Of a stretch of DNA of 64,000 nucleotides, positions 25,518 to 35,100 are shown one piece after another; positions within the stretch are counted from its first letter, which is position 1; each line of letters opens with the position of its first letter. Location: assembly GCA_027923505.1 (NCBI GenBank), contig BROI01000004.1, positions 1 through 64,000 of the forward strand, in the 5' to 3' direction. The notes under the pieces are model-generated. The model ran no database searches. It had not been told where the DNA came from and saw only the letters and a program-made list of their open reading frames with translations. The stretch is from Mayamaea pseudoterrestris. Its lineage: Eukaryota. Position numbers and translations under genes: made by a program.

Positions 25518-25983
25518 AAAACAAGAGTTTTCGAGTAGAGTACAGGATTCTTGCGACGGCGATCCAATAATAGTACTAACAGTAAACTAACATACTACTT
25601 ACGCAATACTCTATGGTCTATCGTGGATACTTCAGAGTGCGTGGCTGATATCTTGGCAATTTACAGAAGTCACCAAAACAGTAAGTCAACAAAGAAGCTG
25701 TTAACATAGTTGACACAGATGACCTGTACGCTCGTTCATTTGCCAAATCCCGTGGCAAGCTGCGATATCAAGAGGCGTGTTGCCTCTCGCAACCCAGTTT
25801 CGCTCCCGCGGGGAATGTCAAACTCGCTCCGACTTCTGTACCCGGTACGACACACAATCCGGCAACTACAGCTCGCGCACAACGGAAATCGCCATCGTGG
25901 AACTGGTTCAGCTTTTTGGCAGCAGCCGCGCAGCGTTGCCGTGGATTTCATCGCACCACTCTTGTCAATTAACTGCCTTGATC

Positions 25984-26853
25984 ATGTTTCGATATCCTCC
26001 GAACAACGACAATTCTAATTTCGGAGCGCCAGCTGCTCGCGGTGGCGGATTATTTGGACCGCCGCCAGATGCTCCTGATGGCGGTGCGCCGCAAGGTGGT
26101 GCCTTTGGTGCGCCAGTTCCAGCGGGTCTGATGCCGCCCGTAGACGGGTTTGAAGGAGGCTTTGGGTTTGCAGCTGCAAGCGTTGGTGTCGAAGATCCTC
26201 CAGCTGCTCGTCCACGTTTCGGCTTTGGAGCGCCATCTGCGGCTGCAGATGGAGGCGGCCTCCCTTTGCTCAATGCCTACCATGAACGTCAACAGCAAGG
26301 AGTGCTGCCGCCGAGCAGTTTTTTATTTCGTAATCCGCCTCGCAATACTCAGGCGCCAGTCGCTACGTATCCGTGTTTTCGTTTTGACTCGCAGTTGCAT
26401 ATACAAGAGCCTAGTACCGGTAGTTTCTGGCCGGCAGCAGTGTTTAAAAACTCGGCGGATGACCGTCCCATCCTTGCTGGCTTCATTGGAGAGGATATGA
26501 TCGACCGCATTGAGAAGCTCGAACACAATGCGTGGAAGGAGCAAGTTTATGGCTACTTGTGCCGCAAATTCATCCACTTGCAGATGCCTAATAGTCAAGA
26601 CGCCTTGGACGAAGTTGGAGACCAAGTTCGTTCGCTTTTGAAGCATTTGGAAGTGCTCGCCAAGACTGTCCTTTTGAAGCTTGTCGTCTGGAAATCAAAA
26701 TGCCGCTTGCATGAGGTCGAGGAGAATACCAATCCATTTGGTGTCATGTTGTGGTCGGGCAAGGGATGGAAGAAGGTCAAGCAGGAATATGTCAATCATG
26801 CGGCCATTGATACGATTGCCGAGGTGATGCAGCCGTGGCTTGAGGATTTGTAA
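25984..26853 (+). CDS. Hypothetical protein with G/P/F-rich N-terminus, tandem paralog of 24098-25393
   Basis: Shared C-terminal domain (IDRIEKLE..WKE.V.GY...LLKHLEVLAK..LKLVVWK.KC...KGWKKVKQ.YV...PWL) and shared upstream sequence catcgcaccact...ttgatcATG. Confidence 0.8.
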   Translation: MFRYPPNNDNSNFGAPAARGGGLFGPPPDAPDGGAPQGGAFGAPVPAGLMPPVDGFEGGFGFAAASVGVEDPPAARPRFGFGAPSAAADGGGLPLLNAYHERQQQGVLPPSSFLFRNPPRNTQAPVATYPCFRFDSQLHIQEPSTGSFWPAAVFKNSADDRPILAGFIGEDMIDRIEKLEHNAWKEQVYGYLCRKFIHLQMPNSQDALDEVGDQVRSLLKHLEVLAKTVLLKLVVWKSKCRLHEVEENTNPFGVMLWSGKGWKKVKQEYVNHAAIDTIAEVMQPWLEDL

Positions 26854-27306
26854 ATGATTCTAGACGGGAGCAACTGAAGAGACGGAGAGTGATCCAGTGT
26901 TTGTCGAGTTGAGTAGAGTAGTTTTCGAACGACCATTACTTACTGTAATTCTACTACTGTGATAACAAGATTTAATGATTGAAAAACGCCATATACTCCT
27001 AGCATTTTCGTGCGCGACGTTTCGTTTCATGCTAAGCGCCTTCGGCGCAGCTCTCCTTGCAATAACATACAATACAGTGAGCTAGTTTCCGTAATGAAAA
27101 AGCTGCGGGATTATATCCCGCGAACATGCAGCGATTGGCATACCGGCAGCTAGTCAACCGATGCGACTCGGGAACGAGTTCATTAGGGTCATGGTTGACG
27201 TGGATGCATGATGGATTCGCATCATCCGTTCGACCAAGCATATATTCACCATGAGATCTTGCGCGATTCCTTGTAGCTTCACGCACCTTTAAACCTACGT
27301 TACGTA

Positions 27307-30300
27307 ATGGAATTACAATCTACATTAAACCTTTACAAGTGGAAGCGAAAGCGGCGGTATCTCGTTAATTGCGCGTGGAGAAGTTTGGGAATCTGGCAAA
27401 CCATCATTGCCGTCATGTTTCTTCTCGGCATGTCGCAACGAAGCACCTTCTTTGTCAAAGGGTTTATGATTAAAAGCAACTTTAATCAAAGACATGAACG
27501 AGCATCAGTGCTCCTGACGGCTGTCGCCGCGAGAAAGGCGTCCAAGAAAGCCACGAAACCCACAATAGTAGCATCGGACACTACCTCCTTGCCCTATCGA
27601 CTCGTCATTGTCGAGTCACCCTCCAAGTGCAAAACAATCGACAAGATTCTGAACGAATATGTGCAAACAAACAATCTTGCATTCAGCTATCAAGTGACAT
27701 CATGCTACGGCCATGTGAGGGATCTCAGCAAGGAAAAAATTCCACCGAGCGACTCTGCAGCCTTTCCCTATACTGTTCCTGGCATTGACCTTTCCCATCA
27801 TCAATTTAAACCACTCTACCAAATCATTGAAAAGAAGAAACATATTGTCAAAGAGCTGCGTCAGCTTGCGAGCAAGGCGGAAAAGGTATTGCTCGCGACG
27901 GATCCGGATCGTGAAGGTGAAGCGATTGCATGGCACTTGAATGAAATATTACAGACTGATAGTATTGATGATGCTGGACGCTTACCGACTGAGCGCGTCT
28001 CATTCACCGAAATTACTCCATCTGCTGTTTTGGACGCAGTCATACCGACGCACGAGAATGATGCAGCTAGTTCTGCCGAACATAGTAACCTCCGGCGAAT
28101 CAATCCACACTTGGTCACGGCCCAGGAAACGCGGCGATTACTGGATCGACTCGTTGGATTTACACTGAGTCCGATTCTTTGGCGCAAGATTGCGCCCGGC
28201 TTGTCGGCGGGTCGCGTGCAGTCGGTGGGCATGGCGCTCGTGGTAAATCGCGAGCGAGAGCGATTGCGGTTTGAAGCAACTGAGTATTGGGACTTGGAAG
28301 CGAAATTATTGGTGGCGACAGAGTCGCATAATGAGCAGAGTAATTCAATCAAGGCAAAGCTAGTGTCTGTGAATGGACAATATGTGGCGTCGGAAGGAAA
28401 AGACTTTACTGCCCAAGGAAGACAACTTGTCTCGGCCGAGAAACTGCACTTGAACGTGGATGAGGCGCACTCGTTGGCAAACAAACTATCCAACGCCACT
28501 TGGGTCATCAAGGAGGTTACATCGAAACAGGTGCGTATGCAGCCTCCGAAACCATATCGAACCAGCACGCTGCAGCAGGATGCGAATCGCCGGCTATCGC
28601 TCAGTGTTGACCAGACAATGCGAGTGGCGCAACAGCTCTACGAAGCCGGGTACATTAGCTACATGCGGACAGACTCGAGCACCTTGTCAAGTCAAGCAGA
28701 GGAAGCCATCGAGTTGTCAGTGGAAGAAGTGTTTGGCTCTACTGAATACGATGCATCGATACGTGGCAAGGGCATTGGACATGTCAAATCGTCGCAAAAT
28801 GTCAGCTTTGCGCAAGAGGCCCATGAGGCTATCCGCCCAGCCGTCCAACCAGGAGGTATCTTGGCAGCGCCAGAACTTTTGATGGGTCAAGTCGACGATG
28901 TTGCATTAAAATTGTATCGCATGATTTACCAGCGCACATTGGCCAGTCGCATGCAGCCTTTGTTAACGCTTCGCACCCGAATTGCCATTGAAACTACTGA
29001 ATATGGGGGTGTCACTGCGGAGTTTCGTGCAACTGGTAGCGTCATTGTCAAACCTGGTTATTCAGCAGCTTATGCAGCAAGTAAAATAGACGAGGAGGCG
29101 GAGGGCGATAAACAGCAGCTGCCTCATCTAAAAGAAGGTCAAGTCATGACGTTAGAAACTGTTTTGCCGATTGACCACGCCACACAACCTCCACCACGAT
29201 TCAATGAAGCCAGCTTTGTCAAGGAGCTTGAAGCTCTTGGCGTGGGTCGTCCAAGCACTTATGCGAGCACCGTAAAGACTCTGCGCGAGCGAGCCTACGT
29301 GGGAACCCCTCTTAAAGAAAATAGCCGCCGAATCAGTTTCAGAAAGGAACCTTCGGGCATGTCTAAAGTAGCTCAACGAGCTGCCGGTGGCGAGGATTTT
29401 ACAGGAGCAGCTCAAGGTCCACTGGTGCCATCTCTTTCCGCGTTTGTCGTCAGTGACCTTTTAGAGAAGCACTGTTCAATTATCATTGATTCCGGGTTCA
29501 CTGCAAATATGGAAGAGCAACTGGATTGGATCGCATCGGGCGACAAACCGAGCGAGTACAGTGTCCAGTACCTGAATGACTTTTATACTGGCGACGAAGG
29601 TTTGGCAGCACGTGTGAAACGGATTGATGAGGCGGTAGATGCGGACGACGCGCGCCGTGTTGATCTCCCAGCTCTTGAACCTACCGATTTTGCATCGTCA
29701 GGCGACGACATTGCACTGTGTGTCGGGCCTTGGGGGCCTTTCGTCAAGCTTGTTGACAATAACGACAGCAGCAATGCAACGACAGTGTCATTACCGCCAG
29801 GAATGGCTGCTGACCTCACTTTAATATCCCCTGAGGCTTTGCGATCTATTGTCGCCACCAAGCTGGCTGGAGGATTAGTGCTCGGCCAGCATCCATCGGA
29901 CGGACGCAACATTCGGTTAAAGACGGGTCGATACGGAGCTTTCTTACAATGGGGTGAGGATAACGAAGAGGGCACGACAACCCACTCTTTGCCAAAAAGT
30001 ATAGCAAGCATGCGTACCTTTGATTCGTTCACAGATGACGTTGAAGCTGATAGCGAGGAGAACGCTGGATTGTTTGCTCAGCGACTTGGGGTCACTTACG
30101 ATCATGCGGTCGGCTACGTGGAGCTTCCACGTACTGTTTGCTTCTTGAATGATAAACCCATCGTCGCGGCAATCGGCCCGTATGGTCCCTATTTGAAGTA
30201 CAACAATTCTTATACAAGCTTAAAAGCCACAGACGGGGACGTACTCAATGTTGATCCAGCTACAGCGGAACAGTTGGTCATCGAACGAATAGTAAACGGT

Positions 30301-31044
30301 AAACCTAAGGGCGCTATAGCTGATCTAGGTGAAAAGGATGGAAGCCCAGTAACAGTAAAGAGAGGGCGGTTTGGCAATTACTTGAATTGGAAGCGAGTCA
30401 ATGCCAAGCTACCTTCAGAATACCAGGACGAGCCATCGAGCATGCCACTTGAAGAAGCGTGGGTGCTGATACAGGCTGCTTCGGGTGGATCCAAAGGTAA
30501 GAAAAGCACGTCAAAGATAGCAAAGTCTTCTCCAGAACTCCCGCCAGCTCCAAAGCGCCCAATGTCGGCATATTTACACTTTTGCGCCGCGAAGCGCCCG
30601 GAAATTAAAAGCACTGTGTCTTCGCTGGGAGATGCTGCAAAGGCGCTGGCAGCTCTTTGGGCCGCAGCTTCGGAGACCGAGCGCGAAACCTACATTAAAT
30701 TAGCAGCTGCGGGAAAGGTCGAGTACGAAAAAACAAAGGAAAACTGGCAGAAGGAGTGTCAAGAGATTCTTGACAAGTCAAAAGCTGCCAAGCCAACTGG
30801 GAAACAGCGAAAGATAGCTGTCATCAAGAAAGCTCCGCCTTTGCTTTCGAAAAAGGCGAAATCAGCCTACCTATTCTTCTGCGCAGAGAAGCGCCCCCAA
30901 GTTGCAGCGCAATTCTCGGGGTTGGGCGCCGTGACCAAAGAACTCGCTCGTCAATGGGCAGAAACTTCCGATCGAAGCAAATACGAAGCGCTCGCACAAG
31001 TGGCCAAGGAGTCACATGCCACGGAGAATGTGTTGCAAACATGA
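27307..31044 (+). CDS. topA: Bacterial-type DNA topoisomerase IA with TopA C-terminal repeats and two C-terminal HMG boxes, probably organelle-targeted
   Basis: LVIVESPSK, ATDPDREGEAIAWH, SAGRVQS, active-site GYISYMRTDS, AQEAHEAIRP, GRPSTYA; GRYG/GPYG/GRFG repeats; HMG boxes PKRPMSAYLHF...W and KAKSAYLFF...W. Confidence 0.93.
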   Translation: MELQSTLNLYKWKRKRRYLVNCAWRSLGIWQTIIAVMFLLGMSQRSTFFVKGFMIKSNFNQRHERASVLLTAVAARKASKKATKPTIVASDTTSLPYRLVIVESPSKCKTIDKILNEYVQTNNLAFSYQVTSCYGHVRDLSKEKIPPSDSAAFPYTVPGIDLSHHQFKPLYQIIEKKKHIVKELRQLASKAEKVLLATDPDREGEAIAWHLNEILQTDSIDDAGRLPTERVSFTEITPSAVLDAVIPTHENDAASSAEHSNLRRINPHLVTAQETRRLLDRLVGFTLSPILWRKIAPGLSAGRVQSVGMALVVNRERERLRFEATEYWDLEAKLLVATESHNEQSNSIKAKLVSVNGQYVASEGKDFTAQGRQLVSAEKLHLNVDEAHSLANKLSNATWVIKEVTSKQVRMQPPKPYRTSTLQQDANRRLSLSVDQTMRVAQQLYEAGYISYMRTDSSTLSSQAEEAIELSVEEVFGSTEYDASIRGKGIGHVKSSQNVSFAQEAHEAIRPAVQPGGILAAPELLMGQVDDVALKLYRMIYQRTLASRMQPLLTLRTRIAIETTEYGGVTAEFRATGSVIVKPGYSAAYAASKIDEEAEGDKQQLPHLKEGQVMTLETVLPIDHATQPPPRFNEASFVKELEALGVGRPSTYASTVKTLRERAYVGTPLKENSRRISFRKEPSGMSKVAQRAAGGEDFTGAAQGPLVPSLSAFVVSDLLEKHCSIIIDSGFTANMEEQLDWIASGDKPSEYSVQYLNDFYTGDEGLAARVKRIDEAVDADDARRVDLPALEPTDFASSGDDIALCVGPWGPFVKLVDNNDSSNATTVSLPPGMAADLTLISPEALRSIVATKLAGGLVLGQHPSDGRNIRLKTGRYGAFLQWGEDNEEGTTTHSLPKSIASMRTFDSFTDDVEADSEENAGLFAQRLGVTYDHAVGYVELPRTVCFLNDKPIVAAIGPYGPYLKYNNSYTSLKATDGDVLNVDPATAEQLVIERIVNGKPKGAIADLGEKDGSPVTVKRGRFGNYLNWKRVNAKLPSEYQDEPSSMPLEEAWVLIQAASGGSKGKKSTSKIAKSSPELPPAPKRPMSAYLHFCAAKRPEIKSTVSSLGDAAKALAALWAAASETERETYIKLAAAGKVEYEKTKENWQKECQEILDKSKAAKPTGKQRKIAVIKKAPPLLSKKAKSAYLFFCAEKRPQVAAQFSGLGAVTKELARQWAETSDRSKYEALAQVAKESHATENVLQT

Positions 31045-31595
31045 AACATTCATAGTCAAGCTACACGACGCTCCGACCAGCGCTGTAGAACCGACCGGTC
31101 GTCGACACTTTGCCTTCGGTTGTGCCAGGTTACAAAATGGCATCGGCAAGGTGCGTGAGGTGCACTACTGAAGCAATTAAGAGGGCCAGATAGCGCCTAT
31201 AAAAAGGCTACCCGATGACTTCGACTACAGCAGAGTAGTTGAGCGATGGGCTAGCTAGATAATCAATGCAACTGCCTTCTCTTTGCTGACCGTGCGGACG
31301 TTGTTCAAGTAAACCATCTGTGTTGCTCCAATGATTAGTCGCCGCGCTCGCCCGCCGGCTGGAATTGTTGTCGGACCGGTTATGCGACGTTCTTGGTACT
31401 CATTTGACGTGGATTTCTACAGGGGAGCCTCGCTGATTCGGTTCGGGTGACGTGGTGTTCTCGCAACGCATGCGAAGGTTCGAACTTTAAAACGGACATG
31501 ATCACCGAAAACAAACTCGTTCGTTTCGACCGCATTTAATTTGCGACGTCGCTCACAAACCGACAAAAATCTTTTTGTCTCGAACAAGGATTCCA

Positions 31596-31856
31596 ATGGC
31601 CCTATCTTCAGCGACAAGCACCATGGTGCGACGGGCGGCGACTCTGCAACGATCATCCCCAACTCTGCATCAGCAGCAACGACACTTCCAAGCAAGCAAG
31701 GTGACGACGGAATCGAGCCTCACCGGGGCCTCGATCTTTATGGGAGCTTTGGTCGGAATTCCCGGTCTTCTTGTCTACGCCGACTATGCATTTATGAAAG
31801 AAAGAGTCGAAGTCTTTGGAGGCAGATTGCAGCGAGTCAGCAGCAGGTGGCTGTAG
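31596..31856 (+). CDS. Small single-pass membrane protein with a mitochondrial-type presequence
   Basis: Arg/Ser-rich, acid-free N-terminus (MALSSATSTMVRRAATLQRSS), one hydrophobic segment, and similarity to 37824-38120. Confidence 0.55.
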   Translation: MALSSATSTMVRRAATLQRSSPTLHQQQRHFQASKVTTESSLTGASIFMGALVGIPGLLVYADYAFMKERVEVFGGRLQRVSSRWL

Positions 31857-32126
31857 GAGTAATATGATCGAAAATGCGATTCATTTGATGCATTGTTCGA
31901 CCATTTCTACAGTACGTACGACTCAATTCATTTCGATTACCACTTCTCTGAACTTTGCCAAGGCCTTTTTGCAAGACACCAAAGAAACGCACATCTTTTA
32001 TGCATATATACGACAGTCTGACTATCATGTCGGTAGGAATTAATACATAGGCAAATGTTTGTCACTTTTACCCTACCTTCGTAAACTTCTGATATTTCGG
32101 TAGCTACGTAAATGGTGCAAATTAAT

Positions 32127-35100
32127 CTACATTAACATTCTATTGCACTGAATCTCCAGCAGGTTGTCAACAACCAAGTCCACCGTTGATCCAATCGCAC
32201 TTGCCAAATCTTCTTGGTCAACCAGAGAAAGGTCTACGTAGCGCATGACAAAATCACCGTCAATGACGCCTTTCTTTCGATCGTTGCTTCGACATCCACC
32301 TCGTCGCGGTGATCGGCGGTATAGCCGATATGCTCGTTGATTCAAGCCACAATCGCTCTCCAAAGCATTCGCCATGACCGACTGCAGGGCCATGAGTCGC
32401 CAGTAGACGGGCTCGCTAAGCGGAACAATGCCATGAATGCTTCCATCAGTCGTGCCAAAGAATGCTCCAACCTTTTGATCGTCGTCGCTTTTACCAAACA
32501 GAGTGTCTTGCTGCTTCAAAGCAGCCAATGTGCTCGATGGTGTTGCGCTGTGGACATGGAGGCTTGACCGACAAAAGTAGGACTCGAATGCTGTTGTCTG
32601 ACTTCCAACATGAAAGTCCGCCCGACAAACAAGCTTGTTTCCTCCTCGAGCGGCTGCTTCGCCGGGCGAATACTGGAAGAACTGCAAATTTTGGCGGTCG
32701 TCATTGCAAATAAACGTCATCGCTGCCCCGCGGCTCATGAGACCTGCAGCGTATACGGCAATCGGATCATAGTCCTTAGCCAGCAGCGTCAAGCTCTTGT
32801 CAGACTCTCGCCATATTAAGAAATGAAGAGAATCGTACGCATCACTGAGCAGCAAAAAGTTTTTGAAATGATGAATGTCCAAAATATGCATCGTGGCCCG
32901 GAAAAAGCCCACCTGTGTCAGCCTGTTGCTACCCCACTGTTCCACATTCACATCAGCACCAGCGCCAATTACGAGTCGATGCCGCCCTTCCGCAGCGAGA
33001 CAGCTTAAACTTGTGACAGGACCATGGGAAATGTTCTTCTCGTATTTAAGCGAAAGGACTGGCACATCAGTGGCCATCAAGTTTTCCTCGGCAGGTGGCG
33101 AAATTTCAAAAAGCAAGGCTCGGCCCTTTGATGTGACATCCTCGCCGTTATGATTAACAATCCCAGTGCCAACCGTAACAAATAATTGGTCGTTATGTTC
33201 CGTCGTGTCTTCCTCCGATGAGCCAGACACGTCCGGAAAGTCAGTCAGCCTCATGACCTTCATCGTAAGCGCATGTTCGTACTCTTCAAATTCAAATGAG
33301 TCGACAACCATCCAATTGCTTGCTGCGTCAACAATCCAAAGCGAGTATGCCTCTGTCACTAAAGGAGGGGCCCCGCCGAGGGTGTCACTGATGGCAAAAC
33401 AGTCCTCGCGTTCAATCTCTTCCACCCACTCAGTCTCAAGATCAAAGCCACCAAGATCAGCTTCGACCTGTTTCTGTATCTTCGCTGCTTGTTTCTCTTC
33501 TTGTATCCTCTCCTTCTCCTCTGGCGAGACACCGTCGTTGTCAATATCAAGCTGATCCACTTCTAGCTCACGAGAAACCAACATTGCATAGATTGGACGG
33601 TCTGGAGACGAAATAGTATCGTCGTCAATAAAACAAACAGCGCGAACAGTAACTCCGAGCAAAATTTTCTCTGCCAGATAGCTGCTGTTGCCGACTAGAA
33701 GACCTTGCGACTGAAAAGCCGGTGATAAACCATGAAAGGCAGTAATCCGCTGACTGCCGACGCGGCCAACACGTTCATGAAGTGTCACAAAACCGAAGTA
33801 AGCACCTTCGCTAGGCAACAATCCTGAACAAAATCCAGACACTGGCCTTGGTTTGCCGCCTGCTGGAGCTCCATGTCTAGTGCGATGGACAATTATCTTT
33901 GGATTTTCCCGCTCTGGAACAATCCAAACAGACTGAGAGCATGACGCAAACAGTCCATCGAGTCCTGATATGTTACTAAATCGATGAAGTCGGACGAAGG
34001 AGAATGAATCATCGAGGTTCGTTTTTTCAACAATGCGTCTCCGCACTAGCTTTGTGAAATGTCGATGCTGCTCCTGACTTGACCGCACTATAGATGCACT
34101 TCGAACTTTGTAAAAGACGGAACTTGAACCAGATTCAGCACTCACTTTCACGCTGTAGAGCTCGAGATCGCCAGCAGTTGTCTCGATTGCCAAGCACATG
34201 CTATTTTGTATAACCGCATTCGACGTGTTGCTAGATTCCTTACACAAAAAGAATCGCATTTCTTTGACAGCAATTAAATGAGATCTAGGAAGCCTCACAG
34301 AACTTGCATCATTTTGTAACATTTCAACTCCTTGGCCGCAACCCGCAGCAGTCCAACATTTACTGAGATGGCCATCACTGCCGTAGGAGTAAACTTCTAG
34401 ATGACCAGACTGCCTACAAACAGCAACAAATAACATCACTTCGTCCAATAAACTGGTGGCCTCCTGCTGCACATTCTCGTGTGTCTCCGGAATGCAGGTA
34501 GTGGATCGAGCAGCTATACCGTAAAGTTCCGCCTCCTCGTCATCGTCACTAAAATAACTAGGGATGACATTGACATTCGCATTCCCATTCTCTGATGTCA
34601 TTGCGTCCTCATCATTCGCGGCCAGTTGTGGTGCGAAAAACGATTTTGGGCACGTGAAGACATCGACACTGACAACTAGCTTGTTTTTGTAAAAGCTTTG
34701 GATATCGTCATCATCAATGTCCATGTCATCGGCCGGCGAAGCCTCTATTGCACAAGATGACAATATGCCACCATCGCTTACAATAAATGCCTCGCCTCGG
34801 CCAGAGCTCCAAACACAAGCAAAAGCCAAACCATCAACACCTTCGACTTGATGCTTCACAAACGGAGTCGCTTGGTTCATAGTGTCACCGCTTGTTTCAA
34901 GCATAATTTCTATTTTCAAGACGAGTGATGCTCTGGTGGCTTCGAGGACGACAATAAAATAAGCAGGCATGCCATTAGCACTAGGTGTACTCACAAGGAC
35001 ACAGACCGACCCGTCGAGAAATTCTCCTGCCATATGGAGTGTTGAAAGAAAGACATCCGCTGTGCTTTCAAAGATTTGGCCTCCGCTTGAGAAGTCATTC

